The position numbers were made by a program, and so were the translations under genes. From the human T2T-CHM13v2.0 reference genome, Homo sapiens, in NCBI RefSeq assembly GCF_009914755.1, contig NC_060937.1: a DNA stretch of 64,000 nt; one strand, 5' to 3'. A model generated the notes under the pieces. The model was not told the origin of the DNA. It did no database searches and saw only the letters and a program-made list of their open reading frames with translations. Positions 12,788 to 30,834 of this stretch are shown piece by piece. Within the stretch, counting starts at the first letter, position 1. Each line of letters opens with the position of its first letter.

Positions 12788-15076
12788 TGTAGTAGACAGA
12801 CTGTACAGTGAGCTGCAATTATTCTCACCTCCTAGTCTCCTTGTGCAATCTACAACTATTAAATGTGGGCAAAATCCATGACTTGCTTCTAATAGAATTT
12901 GATAAAAGTTGCCACATCCATGTTGATGTTACATACTACTTTAATCTCAAACTTGGGAGCTGACTCTGGCTTTGAAAAAACAAACTGTGATGCTGCTGTA
13001 CATTGCTCTATAGCAAAGGACTTAAGGCAGCCTTTGGCTGATATGCAGTCAGATACAGAGGCCCTGAGTATGAGAGCCTTCATGGAACAGAATGCTGTCA
13101 ACCATCCATATGAGCTCTGAAGTTCAGGAAACTGGATATTCTTCCCCAGTTGTATTTTCAGATAAGTACACAGGCCTGGATGGCACTTTCACTGAAGCCT
13201 TGAAAAGGACAAGGCTAAGTCGTATCTGGACTTCTGGCTCACAGAAACTATGTGATCATAAATGCACATTGTGTTTTGTTGCTAAGTTTGTGGTATTATA
13301 GTTGTGGTAACAATATATGATACACATATTTGTAATACCTGAAAGCAGAGTTTTGTGATAATTTTGTGGCAGTGGCTTTCTAATTATGCAACGTACTGAG
13401 GATGAAGGAATGTTGATGATATGATATTGAAAGTCTAATTTGCCTTTTACAGGCTAGTATTATTAGAAATCTAGATTTGAAGGATGCAAAAGGAAGTGAG
13501 AAATGTATTATTGAAAACTGGGAAAAGGAAATTCTGTTTATATGGTGACAGAAAAGTTAGGAAAGGTGCTGCTTATAGTTAAGTGGAAGGTAGAAGAAAT
13601 AAGAGATAAATTTAGTTTATACCCAAGGAGATGTTTAGGCAAAGTGTTGAAGTTGCTGCTTGGTTTCTTCATGCTGTTTATAAAAGTAATAGAAGAGAGA
13701 TAATCTGAGGAATTAGTTGTCAAACAAAAATAAAGTGTGTCTTGATTCTTAACCTCTTCACTTGTACAGGAGATCCAAAAATTGTTTGAGAAAATAATTT
13801 CAGCAAAGATTCTACCAACTTGGCTGAAAAAGACAGAGAAAGTACACAATGATAGGAGGCCATTTGATGCCCAACATTCTGTTGTCAGTCAACAGGCTGT
13901 TAAAAAAATGATTTAGCTGCACACATGTGATACATTTCATTAATGTATCACTATAACTCACTAATAGTGTATTAGTGAGTTCTCATGCTGCTAATAAAGA
14001 CATACCTAAGGCTGGGTAATTCATAAAGAAAGGAGGTTTAATTGACTCACAGTTCCACATGGCTGGAGAGGCCTCACAATTATGGCGGAAGGTGAAGGAA
14101 GAGCACAGTCACGTTTTATATGGCAGCAGGCAAAGAGAGCATGTGCAGAACTCCCCTCTATAAAACTCATGAGACTTATTCACTATCATGAGAACAGCAC
14201 AGGAAAAGACCACATCCATGGTTCAATTACCTCCCACTGTGTCCCTCCCACAATATGTGGGAATTACAGGAGCTGCAATTTAAGATGTGATTTGTGTGGG
14301 AACACAGCCAAACCACATCATTCCACCCCAGCCCCTCCCAAGTCTCATGTCTTCAAATTTCAAAACCAATCATGACTTCCCAAGAGTCCCCCAAAGTCTT
14401 AACTCATTTTGGCATTAACTTGAAAGTCCACAGTCCAAAGTCTCATCTGAGACAAGGCAAGTCTCTTCCACCTAGGAGTCTGTAAAATACAAAGCAAGTT
14501 AAGTACTTCCTGGATATAATGGGAGTACAGGCATTGGGTAAATATACCCATTCCAAATAGGAGAAATTGGCCAAAGCAAAGGGGCTACAGATCCATGAAA
14601 GTTTGAAATCCCATACGGCAACCATTAAAACTTAAAATTCCAAAGTGATCTCCTTTGACTCCATGTCTATCATCCAAGTCTTCCTCATGCAAGAGCTGTG
14701 CTCCTATGGTTTTGGGCGGCTCCACCCCTGTGGCTTTGCAGAGTACAGTGAGACAGACAGGTGGGAGGGGGTCCCTGGAGAAACTCCAACCAGCCTGCCC
14801 ACTGAGGTGGAGCCTCGGGAAGTTCACTATGTTTGTAGCAGAGAGGAGCCTGACCCCTCCTCTTCTGTGTGGAACCTTGGATTCAATCAGCCCGGTGGGA
14901 GGCGCTCTAGCAGGACTCTGGCCTAGGGAGAGTCCCTGTTTCCTCTTTTTCTTCCTTTTCACCCAACAAAACCCTGCTTCACTTACCCTCCAAGCTGTTT
15001 GCGAGCCTAAATTTTCATGGCGGGATGGACAAGGACCCCATCTTTAGCTGAACTGAGGAAAGTCTTGTAACATTTT

Positions 15077-15095
15077 TGGTGTGCAACGTAGGGGC
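15077..15095 (+). promoter_or_regulatory. Degenerate retroviral primer-binding site, tRNA-Lys-like
   Basis: tggtgtgcaacgtaggggc lies 4 nt after the LTR end and resembles TGGCGCCCAACGTGGGGC. Confidence 0.6.
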
Positions 15096-15583
15096 TCAAG
15101 AAGTGGCAAGTGAAATGGGGACTCAAAATCTTTCACTGTTGCTCCTAAGCCTTTCCATCCTCGGATTTCTGAGGGTGAGGAAACCATGGCCCCAACCCCC
15201 GTTGCTCTCGGGCCTTTTCAAGGCCTTTTCCTTTCTTTTTCTTGACTGACCAGTGAGCAGTAGCTCCTCGCTTCTCTCCCCTGTCTGCTGGGAATTGGAC
15301 ACATGGCCCAAGGTGGCCAGGATGGCTGACTGGTGTTTTCCCAGCAGCTGGAGCCTTTCCCTTCCCCGGTTAGCGGGTTGAACTTCTATCGGACAGTAAT
15401 TAATCCATTTATGCTGGAAGTTGCAAATTTTTTTGTGTGAAAAATCAGACCTTGGTGATGACCTTGAGCAGCAGGATATAAATGACTCCCACAACCTTAG
15501 CATTCCAATAATGGAACGCTAGGTATAAATGGATTAAGCTTAAACTTTTCTCCCTGCTGGAGGAACCAGTTGCATAAGAATAA

Positions 15584-15967
<384 letters not shown>

Positions 15968-18900
15968 GGAAGTTTTTTTCCCCCTCTTTTAGAAGATGTT
16001 TTTACTAGGCCAGGCCCCCCTAATTATCACTGTTAGTACTCTCTGTAAACTTTTGATTGTGAAAAAGGATCTTGTGGGGACTGGGTTTTCTTCTGCCTGC
16101 GTGTGTATTGTGTGTAATGTCTGTAAAAATAACTCTAATTAATTTGGCCTAAAGAAAAACAAGTGCTTGGATCAAGTATTTTTTTTTAAGGGAAGTTAAA
16201 AGCTGTAGTAACTTTCAGTTTGTGACTTTAATCTTTGAGAAATAAAAACAACCTTAAAGATTATTGGTAAAATGCAGGTGTCATTAAAATGTAAATAGGT
16301 GAACTAACCTATGCAGGTAAGATGCAAGGTTTGCTAAGTGTTTTGAGGTTACTAACTGCTTTTTGGGTTTTGAGAACTATTTGACTTGCTAGCTTCACAA
16401 CTGGTAAGGCCTGGGGAAATATGGAATTAATCATGCCCTTTACTAAGAAGGCAAACCTTGGCCGCAGTGAGCACACAGTTAAAGCAACTTACCAAGTTTT
16501 ACCTTAAAGTTAAAAATTGCTAGGGGTTAATCGAAACTACTGGGAATAGATTTATATGCAAGGTGTGTAAGAACAGTAAAATGTGTTTTTTAGTAAAAGG
16601 TTATAAGGAGGCATAGAAATGTAAATTTTGCCTAGGGTTAAAGAATAGTTTTGAGTTAGACAGGGAAACTGAAGGTTCAAAGAGGTGGAGGAAGAATTGT
16701 GGAAATTTATCTCACAGAAGAGGTTCTCTGTGTGAATATATTGACTAAATTAAAAGAAATAAGGTATTATGTGTTTTTTCTGTAAATTGAGCATTGAAAT
16801 AAAAGCATAACAAGGTTTTCCTAAGGTGCTAATCTGCTCTTTGGCAAAATTTGTGAAGGGTTATAAAAGGCTTTTGCTTCTTTAGAATTTCTGAGTCATC
16901 ATTTTGGCAAAATACATAACTTACGGTAATCTGGAATTCTATTTTATAATATCAAGTCTTTTTAAAACTTAACATATTTAGTAGCCTTCCCAAAATCAAA
17001 CTTAAGTTTCAAAATTGTCTTCTCTGGCACCTGACTTTCAGATAGTCCAGAGGGACTTGGAATGTCCAGAAAAAGGAAGTAAGCAGGGTTATTTGACATG
17101 GTTAGGTATACGGAATTGCCAAAATGATGCTCAGTCTTCTTTAGGTTATATTTTGGTGAATAATGCTAATATATGTTCCAAAACGGTATGAGATTTTATA
17201 AAATTCAAATGTCTGAGTATATGCTATCATTCATAATTAAGATTTTTATGTTAAGTTACTGTAAGCCATGAAGATAACCAAACTTCTTTATCATTGTGTT
17301 TTTAACTGTAACTACCCTGGACATTTTGCTATTCACAGATAATTGTTGTCTTGTTTAATCCTTTTCAAAAGATGGTTTATAATAAGCTGTAGGACTCTGA
17401 TAGGTGCTCTTAAATACAATTTCTGATTGTATTTGAGGCAATCAGGTTTCTGTTAACTTTAGAGATTGTAACATTGGAACAAAGAAAAATGTACAGGACT
17501 CATGAAGAGCTGAAATAGTCACAAATATAAAGCAAAACAAGAGTTAACTAAAGGGACTGAACTCAGAAAGCTGAAGCAACCTTTTTGACTTTTGCTTAGA
17601 ATATTGCTGATCCTTGTTTGTTCTGCAGAGTCAAGGAAATTTATTTTGAACTATTTATAGCCTTTAATAATTAAGTAAGGTATACATCCTGTGATCAAAA
17701 TTTGGAGCATGTTTGTTTCTCTCTGCCTGGTTCCTCTAGAATTTAGAAACTATCTGTGGATATTCTTAACTTATGGCAGTATAGTTGCTTGTATCAGTGC
17801 AATAAGAATCCATTTTTCTTTTGCAACAGGACACGACTGGAGAAAGTGATTATTTTACCAAGTCTTTGACTGGTAGGATATGCTTCCCTTTAAGGAGTCA
17901 GTCTCAACTTGTAGAACCAATTAAAGCCCAGTGGGGAAACTGGCCTCATACCCCTGTCTACACAGTCCCTGTATAGGGTTCCTGACCTGTGGTCAGTAAA
18001 GAATGTCACTTTCTAACAGGCCTAGGAGTTCCAAGTTTATCTTGGGACCTTATGAGGAGAGGATCACCCAACTCACAGGTATTTCAGGATACAAACCCCT
18101 GGCTAGACTGGGCTTTAAAAGGTCTTATCTGGGATTCCTTCAAAAGGTCCTGTCTGTGATTGGGTGCAACCACCGTGCACACAAAGTGTGGAATACGCTT
18201 CCATCAAAGCCAATCCAAAAGGCCTAGATAGAAATAATTATTCTTGCTGCACTTTATGAAAATAATCAGGCAAAGTATAAGACTAAAGTATTTTGCAAAC
18301 CACTCAGCCCTATGATGATTTGTTTTTTTAACAAAAATGAGTCTAGAGAGAGAGAAGTTATGTTTCAAAACTTATCATACATTTGTCATTAAATTCTAAA
18401 CTCATTAGATGTTTTTAAGTTTTTGCCTACATTTTAGACTAATTCTGCTTGTTCCTGTGAAACAACCAGTAAACTCCAGCTGCAGATCAGAAAGAACAAG
18501 AGGGATGAGTAATGTAAAAGTCTGGATCAATATTCTAGTTCTGAGCAATTATCTGGCAAATCCTGCCAGGTGATGGAATAAATAGGGTGCCCATCACCAG
18601 AGGTTTCCTTTTTGGGAAAGTAAAACCAAAGGAACTAACTAAGCCATCCACCATGCACCCAAATCCTAGCAAGCTTAACTGTAGCTACCAGTTATCTGGA
18701 TGTGTCACAAGACATCCTTTCCTCTCCCTTGTTGGAGGAGGACTCAGTTCCACAGTTTCCCTTAGCATTCAGCTTATGATAAGGAGTCCAGGTACCCCAC
18801 TGAGACACATTTTTATCCCAAACTCAATTTAAAGCTTTGAGTCAAAGCCCTAGGAAGGAAAACTGGATCTGAGAGATCCAAAGGAAGACAATAATGGAAG

Positions 18901-21900
18901 TTAAAAGGCACAGCACAGGTTAGTGTGGCTGATTCCTGCCAATTAAGCCACCCCCAAGCTTCCTGTTTCATGGATAAATGCCACATTAATATCCATGGCA
19001 TAAATGAGCTCTAGGGAACTCCAAGGCTACTGACAATAAGGGAGATAGAGGCATAGGTGAGAGCTCATGATAATTCCTATTCTCTAGGCCCTCCCTGCTT
19101 CATAGGTACAAACCACTTTGGCACTCATGGCAGGATCTGCCAAGGTCATCGGGACTTGGGGATGCAAAGATGGAAGAAAGAAAGAGGATGCTCTGTCTTC
19201 ACTACCTCGTGTACCTTGGGTATCTGCTAGGAAGAGGAGACCACGGATGCCTGCTTCCCTCTTTCTAAATGGGTAGCCATTCATTTTCAGTCTCTACCAC
19301 TTTCCAATGCATCCTGAAGCCCTGGGACTCCAAAAAAAAAAAAACCCTTTTTTGTTTTCTCTCTTCTTCTGTCCTCTCTTCACTGATAGGTAATTGTGTC
19401 TTCATACTATTAGACACTCCCCTCAAATGTATCCTCCAAACTAGAGTTACTTTCTCAATCATTAAACTGGTTGGCTTAGTTTAGGATCAGGGGAAGGGAA
19501 CTCAGAAGCCCAACATATTGGCAATAGGGTAAAGTTTTTTTGCCAGTCGACGTTTTGGCCTCCCTCTCCCTGTGCAAACTGGCAAAAGGTCTTGGGATTT
19601 TTGAGCTGTCCTTACCCCTCCCTTTGTTTCGTTTTGATACATGTGTTCTAATAATCTGATTTGTCTGTTCTTGCCTTCAGGCCATCAAACTCCAAACAGT
19701 CATACAACCAGAGTTTCTGACGATGGCTTCTTCTGCTGGGAACCCTTAGATAGGTCGCTGAGAGAGCTCTAACTGCCATTTCCCCCAAAACAGCACCCCA
19801 TGCCAGTAGGAAACAGTTAAAATTGGTCTTCATCCTTATCCTTAATGTAATGGCAGTTAGATATACTTCATTAGAATGGGGAATGAGACAGCCAGATGGG
19901 AGGGGGATACTTGGAGAAACTCCAACCAGCCTGCCCACTGAGGTGGAGCCTCTAGAAGTTCACGAAGTATGCAGCAGGGAGGATCCTGGCCCCTCCTCAT
20001 CCTGTGTGGAAGCTGGGATTCAAACTGCTGGGCAGGAAGTGCTCTAGCAGGCACTCTGGCCTAGCAAGAGTCCCTGTTTCCCCATTTTCTTTCTTTTCAT
20101 CCAATAAAACCCTGCTTCCGTCACCCTTCAAACCATCTGTGAGCCTAAATTTTTGTGGCTGTGGAATGGACAAGGACCTCGTTTTAGATAATGTAAAAAA
20201 AGTTCTGCACAACACCTCCCCTCCTGGCCAATGTCATAGGCTGTTGTTGAGTATCTGTGGCTTTTCCAGGAACACAGAGCAAGCTGTCAGTGGATCTACC
20301 ATTCTGGGTTCTGGAGGATGGTGGCCCTCTTCTCACAGCTCCACTAGGCAGGGCCCCAGTGGGAACCCTGTGTGGGCGCTCCAACCCCACCTCTCCCTTT
20401 CACACTACCCTAGCAGAGGTTCTCCATGAGGGCCTCCCGTCTGTAGCAAACTTCTGCCTGAACATCTAGGGATTTCCATACATCCTCTGAAATCTAGGCA
20501 GAGGTTCCCAAACTTCAGTTCTTGATTGCTGTGCACTCATAGGCCCAACATCATGTGCAAGTTGCCAACAGTTGGGGCTTGCACACTCTGAAGCAATGGC
20601 CTGAACTGTATGTTGACCCCTTTTAGCCACAGCTAGAGCTGAAACAGCTGGGATGCAGGGCACCACACCATGTTCAGTGGCTGCATAGAGCAAGGAGGCC
20701 TTGGGCCCAGCTCATGAAACTTTTTCCCTCCTAGGCCTCCAGACCTGTAATGGGAGGGGTTGCCATGAAGATCTCTGACATGCCCTCGAGACATTTTTCC
20801 CATTGTCTTGGTGATTAACATTGGGTTCCTCCTTAGTTATGCAAATTTATGCAGGCTGCCTGATTTTTTTCTTCCCAAAAAATGAGTTTTTCTTTTATAC
20901 TGCATTGCCAGGTTGCAAATTTTCCAAACTCATTCTCTCACCTCTTGAACGCTTTGCCACTTAGAAATTTCTTCCACCAAATACTCCAAATACTCTCTCT
21001 CAAGTTCAAAGTTCCATAGTTCTCTAGGGCAGGGATTAAATGCCACCCGTCTCTTTGTTAAAACCTAGCAAGAGTCACCTTTATTCCAGTTTCCAACAGG
21101 TTCCTCATTTCCATCTGAGACCATTTCAACCTGGACTTTATTGTTCATATCACTATCGACATTTTGGTCAAAGCCATTCAACAGGTCTCTAGGAAGTTCC
21201 AAGCTTTCTCACATTTTCTTATCTTCCTCTGAGACATCCAAAATGTTCCAACCTCTGCCTGTTACCCAGTCCCAAAGTCACTTCCACATTTTTGGGTATC
21301 TTTAGAGCAGCACCCCATTCTACTGGCACCAATTTATTGTATTAGTTTGTTCTCACACTGCTAGTAAAGACATAACCCAAAACTGGGTAATTTATAAAGG
21401 GAAGAAGTTTAACTGATTCACAGTTACAGATATTGGGGGGGCCTCACAATCATGGTGGAAAGTGAAGGAGAAGCAAATTACATCTTATATGATGGCAGGC
21501 TAAGAGTGTGTGCAGGGGAACTTCCCTTTATAAAACCATCAGATCTCATGAGACTTATTCGCTATCAGAAGAACAGCATGGGGGAAAAAAACACCCTCAT
21601 GATTCAGTTACCTCCAGCTGGGTCTCTCCCACAACATGGGGAATTATGGGAGCTACAATTCAATATGAGATTTGGGTGAGGACACAACCAAACCATATCG
21701 AATAGGAAGGATGTCCTGGAGGGCAGAAACCAGGGTAAAGAAGCAGAGCTGAAAGGTAACGAGAACTACTGCTAGGCTTTAAAACCTAATCAAGGAATTT
21801 CCAGTATTCTGCAAGCTAACAACTGCTCTAGACCAGTGGCTACTTTTTTATCTCCAAATTTCCCCTTATTTAAATAATAATTTTAATAGCTGCCATCCTT

Positions 21901-23157
21901 CATCTATTCTACCACTGTATGATGGAGTGTGTGTGGGTGTGGTGGTAGGGCTTGATGGTGGGCTGCAGCAAATACACGCTAAGATGGGCCCCAATTACCC
22001 CTACTTCCTTACATAAGATTCTTCTCTTGATTGTGCGCAAGACCTATGACTTGTTACTAACCAATGTAATATTGATCTTTTTAGTTTAGTTTTGTTTTGC
22101 TTTTCCAAATCATAATTTCTCACTTGAGTTGAGTCACTTCTGTTGCTAAGTCTAACTAATGGTTTCTGGTTTAATGTGTTTGGAGAATTATTGTTTATTT
22201 TACAATCTACTTGATTATTTTTGAAGTCTTATGATTATTATTTGCTTATTCAGCCTAATGTTTTGTATTGCCAAATGCATTAAATATAATTATTTCCATT
22301 CTTGACTTCCAATGTCTTGTTGTAGCACTAATGGTTAGTCTGTTTATTGTCTATTCTTGTTCTTGTTTATGTTGCCTTATTGCTTTATATTTGTGAGCTC
22401 CTACCTCTTGGAACATTACGTGTAGGTTTTATTGAGGCCTAAGTTGTAATTGTGTTCCTACACAGGAGATGTGTGATTGCTGCTGGCAGATGCTTGCAGA
22501 CAATATAATTTCCTTTATTACATTGCAATATATTCATAATTTAAAAATGTAATGACAAGCAAGGAGCATGTATTAGGGCTGAAAACTTGCCTAGAGGCTT
22601 GCTTGTGTTTACTAAATCTCTTGGGAGACTTTCCTGTCCATTTAGCAATTTTTTCCAAGCAGTATTTTTTCCTGGAAATCTCCTCAGCAGTGGGCAAGAT
22701 TATTTATAATTTATACTCAAATTAATGCTCTGGACCATAGGATACCAACTTCTTGCAGGAGGAAGAGAAAAGCTGGAGTCTTGTAACATAGGTAGATGGA
22801 CCTGCACCAGTTTTCCCTGAGGCCATGAAAAAGAAACTTGAATTTATTCACTTTATCAAATGCCTTCCAGGTAAATGCAAGTCTCTGTCTATGCTTCTTT
22901 CTCTGGGTTTTATTTTCGCTTGATGTCTGGCCTCAAAGTATTAATATAAACGTTTAAATAAGTGTCTCAAAACATTTAAGCAACTGTTTTACATGTTTTC
23001 AGAGATGGGTTGACCAGGATACCTAATCAAATACTCTCTTGAAATCAGAATTTCTTAATGTTCTATAATCAGCTTTCAAACTTCACATCCTTCATAACTT
23101 AAGTCCCAGGTTCTTTCAAACTTAAACAAAATGTATAGTACTTAAAGTTTAGAACAG

Positions 23158-24100
23158 TGTTATAGACTGAATTGTGTCTCCTAAAATTTATAACCCTAAA
23201 TGTCACTCTATTTTGAGATAGATAATAAGATTGAATAAGATCACAAAAGTGGAACTTATGATATCCATAATAGCATTAGTATATGTTATGGACTACATAT
23301 TTGTGTCTCCCCAAAATTTATGTGTAAAAATCTTAATGTTAACACTGCATGAGAAGATCTGAGGAGGTGAGGCCTTTGGGAAAAGATTAAGTCATGAGTA
23401 TAATTAATACCCTTATAAAAGAGATCTGACCGAGCTCTCTTCCTTTTTAACCATGTGAGGACACAGCCAGAGGTTGGCAGTCTGCAACTAAAAGTCTATC
23501 ACCATAACCTGACTATATTGGCACCTTGATCTTAAATGTCCAGCCTCCAGAACTGTGAGAAATAAACACTGGTTATTTATATGCCACCTAGTCTATAGTA
23601 CTTTGTCATAGCAGCCCAAGTTGAATAAGATGGTGTTTTTATAAGAAGAGAGACTAGAAAGCTTGTTCTTATTTCTCTTGCTACTAAGACACAGTGAGAA
23701 TGTATCCTTCTACAAGCCAGTAAAAGAACCCTTACCTGAAACAGAATCAGCTGGCACCTCAATCTTAAGACTTTCCAGCCTCCAAAACTGTAAGAAATAA
23801 ATTCCTGTTGTTTAGGCCACCCAGTCTATGATATTTTATCAAGACTACTGGAACAGACTAATACAGATTTTAGCACCAAGAAATGGATTGCTGCTGTAAC
23901 AAATATCTAAACATATGGAGGTTACTTTGAATCTGGACTGAAGCTAGAAAGGTTTTGAGGTGCAATTTTGAAATGTGAATGTTAAGGATAATTCTGCTGA
24001 GGGCTGAGATGTAAATGAGGAACATGGTATTGGGAACTGGAGGAAAGTTAATCCTTGTTATAGAGTAGCAAATAACTTGGCTGAACAATGGTCTAATGCA
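23158..24100 (+). mobile_element. MLT1A-like LTR (23158-23865) with start of internal region, interrupted by a second MLT1A/MST-like solo LTR (23284-23632)
   Basis: Two LTR starts (tgttatagactg, tgttatggacta) and two LTR ends (both contain ccagcctcca-aactgt-agaaataaa). MaLR-int gctgctgtaacaaatatctaaa follows. Confidence 0.8.
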
Positions 24101-24106
24101 CTGTAG

Positions 24107-26520
24107 TGTTAAAGTGCACTAAATATGGTAGGAGAAGAACTCCACACTTCTGTATGTGAGTCCTTGTGGATAAGTCATACCCTAACTTAATAGGTAGACA
24201 AGATTGAAAATCTAACTTAGGAGTATGTGTCTGTAACAATAACTGAGTCTTGGCCAATCCCAGCAGCCATACTTCAACCACTCATACACTGCTGAGTGTT
24301 CAAACTGTATTCACATAAGGCAAATGCCAACCTGTAACCAACCCAGCTGTTTCTGTACCTCACTTCTGATTTATGTACGTCACTTTACATTTTTGTCTAT
24401 AAATTTGTTCTGACTATGAGGTGCCCCTGGAGTCTCTCTGAATCTGCTGTGCTTCTTGGGGCTGCCTGATTCAGAAATCATTCATTGCTCAATTAAACTC
24501 TATTAAATTTAATATGGCTGAAGTTTTCTTTTAACAGATGGTGTCAGGAGTGTGTTCTGAAGCTGAGCTCCTAACGACCCCCAGGAGCACTGAGTGAACA
24601 AGCAAGTTACCTGCAAGGACCCACCTGTGCTCTTTAATCTCTCAGAATGGCTGGGAATCATGGTAAGTTCTTTCTTGGATTTCAGAGCTCCATGGATTTG
24701 TGTTTTGAGCTCTCTGAGTTTCTTTGAACAAATTTCTGTTCCAAACTGGTTTTGGAAGTCACAACAGAAACTGGACTGGATCTAGAATCAGATTTGATCC
24801 AGTAATTAACTGGCTTGGATCTAGTTAGAGGCCTCTTAAATTTGACTGGATCAGAAAGAAACTGGTAGTAAATGGTAATGTTGTAGGGGTTGTACAAGTT
24901 GGCTTTTGAAAATTCACAGGAATTTTTGTGTTCTACTCCTTAGTTTCATTTTTCTTGTGTGATCAGGTAGGAAAAAAAATTATTGACTAAGTTAATCAAG
25001 GTAACTTGAGAATAAAGCCAACATTTTAGGTTAAAATGGGATTCTTAATTTCTGCAAAACTAAGTTCCTTCCAGCTTATGTATTAGGCCAGGAAAGCAGC
25101 AAAGTCTTACATAAATGGCAAAATCTTACTGAAGATAACTTACACTGGAATGTTCAGAATGAACAATGCACTGAAGTGCATTAGAAAATTGAGGGTTCCA
25201 AAATTAGTCTCATCTAAGGATGTCTATTAATATGAAGAAGATTCTAAAACAATTTAGAGATAATGGGGCCCATCTAGGAGCAAGTTTGAGCCTTGCCTGT
25301 TTAATATTGGGTACTAAGCGGAGTGGCTAACCTCTATGTTTTGTCACACATATTTTGCTCTGGCTAGAATGAAAAATGTTAACTTGGTTACCCCATGCAA
25401 CCTCTTTGGCACTACAGTTAAAAGTCAGTTTAATTAAAAGTGGATATTCAAGCTCTAACAGCCTGGGGCTGCTTGGTAAAAAGAGAGGAGGGGCCATAGA
25501 CCTAGTTTTGGGAAAAACCTGTTTTCCTCATGAAACCCTTGAAACTGGAAGTGGATAGATTCTTCTCAAAATGTAAGACTTTGTTTTGTTTTGCATTGCA
25601 TTATGTGACATTTTTGACTTTTGGGAGTGTCAGAAATTACTTCATATTATAAGAGAGTTTTGGCATGTAATAACTAGGTATGAATTATATTTTTAGGGAT
25701 GTTTAATGGCAATTATGTGACTATTCGGCTCTTTGCTTTTGGATCAGAGAAGCACGCTCTTGGCTGCCTAGGAATATGGAGTTTTCCCCACCCCCACTGA
25801 GAGATAAGACTCCCATGGGAGATGGGCTGATTCCATCTTTTTGGGACCCAGAATATGGCATAAAAATAGGGATGGGACCATTAATTTCTGATCTGTTTTG
25901 CCTTTCAGCTGTGCCTGCTTATTATATTATTCCCTAGAAACTGTATGCTTTCCTGGACATGTTCCTCCAAGGACTCTACCCCTAGAGCCAGAATTCCACT
26001 TAAAAAACATAAAAACTGGCAAACGAAAAATGTTACAACTACTGGAGCTTCTTCTGTCTGTCTGTGTAGTTATATGTGTGTTGTGTGTGTGATGTTTATA
26101 TAAAAGATGTCTAATTAATTGGCTTAAAAAATAAGCATTTAAATCAAATACTTTCAAAGAAAACTAAAAACTGTAATGTCTTTTAGTTTATGTAACTTTA
26201 GTAATCTTTGGGAAATAAAAACAGCTTTAGAGATTATTGATAAACACATTTGGTCTAAATTGGGTGGATCAGATATTATGTCTGCTAAATTATGCTTTAA
26301 GGTCATAAACTGCTTCTTTGGCTTCTGAAAGTTTTTTGACTTGCCTGCTTTACAGTTTGGTAAGGCCTGGGGAGCTGTGGATTTCGCCACACCCCTAGCT
26401 ATGTTGGAGAGAGTTGGGCCTTAACTGCACCTAGTACATAACTAAAATAGCTTACCAGGATTTCCACCAACATTAAAAATTGCTAAAAGCTACCATTAGC
26501 ACATGTAAGGGAGACTACTG
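24107..26520 (+). mobile_element. MER57-type ERV1 provirus, 3'-truncated: 5' LTR 24107-24536 plus about 2 kb internal
   Basis: LTR tgttaaag...ttttaaca, Leu-type PBS tggtgtcaggagtg at 24539, splice donor catg|gtaagt at 24663. Internal 26050-26520 is homologous to 16100-16560 of the other provirus. No 3' LTR in the window. Confidence 0.85.
24254..24403 (+). promoter_or_regulatory. Putative LTR promoter motifs
   Basis: CCAAT 24254-24258, CRE-like tacgtca 24376-24382, TATAAA 24398-24403. Activity not demonstrated. Confidence 0.4.
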
Positions 26521-27215
26521 AAAAAAAATTTTTTTTTATTATACTTTAAGTTTTAGGGTACATGTGCACAACGTGCAGGTTAGTTACATATGTATACATG
26601 TGCCATGTTGGTGTGCTGCACCCATTAACTCATCATTTACATTAGGTATATCTCCAAATGCTATCCCTCCCCCTCCCCCCACCCCACAACAGGCCCCAGT
26701 GTGTGATGTTCCCCTTCCTGTGTCCCTGTGTTCTCATTGTTCAGTTCCCACCTATGAGTGAGAACATGCGGTGTTTTGTTTTTTGTCCTTGTGATAGTTT
26801 GCTGAGAATGATGGTTTCCAGTTTCATCCATGTCCCTACAAAGGACATGAACTCATCCTTTTTTATGGCTGCATAGTCTTCCATGGTGTATATGTGCCAC
26901 ATTTTCTTAATCCAGTCTATCATTGTTGGACATTTAGGTTGGTTCCAAGTCTTTCCTATTGTGAATAGTGCTGCTATAAACATACATGTGCATGTGTCTT
27001 TATAGCAGCATGATTTATTATCTTTGTTATATACCCAGTAATGGGATGGCTGGGTCAAATGGTATTTCTAGTTCTAGATCCCTGAGGAATCATCACACTG
27101 ACTTCCACAGTGGTTGAACTAGTTTACAGTCCCACCAACAGTGTAAAAAGTGTTCCTATTTCTCCACATCCTCTCCAACATCTGTTGTTTCCTGACTTTT
27201 TTAATGATTGTCATT

Positions 27216-30520
<3,305 letters not shown>

Positions 30521-30834
30521 AGTTCAGAAGGATTTTGAATGAAAAATTGCATGTGATACTGAAAAGTAGAGTAGTATAAAAGTAAAAAGTTAAATTCTAG
30601 CTTGGATTCATAATTTTGCTTTCTTTCTTTATTAAATATAGGAATACCTTGTTCTTAAGTAGTTGTCAATTTAGTATTTTAAAATTAATGGTACACTGCA
30701 AATACTTAGGAACTTGGAAGACAATCACACAGTGAGTCCAAGATTCTATTGGATTCACTAAGAAATAAACTTGGATAGAAACACTTTGTATTTGGTGATT
30801 GCTTCAGAGCATTATGTACAATCAGAGATGACTT

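Noticed and set aside
14585-15503. Overlapping 93-130 aa ORFs, with a similar peptide at 19823-20047
   Set aside because: GC-richer LTR and leader DNA. The repeated peptide simply reflects the two LTR copies.
16100-16560. Homology to 26050-26520 suggesting a local duplication
   Set aside because: Explained by the shared MER4-group internal region of two independent proviruses.
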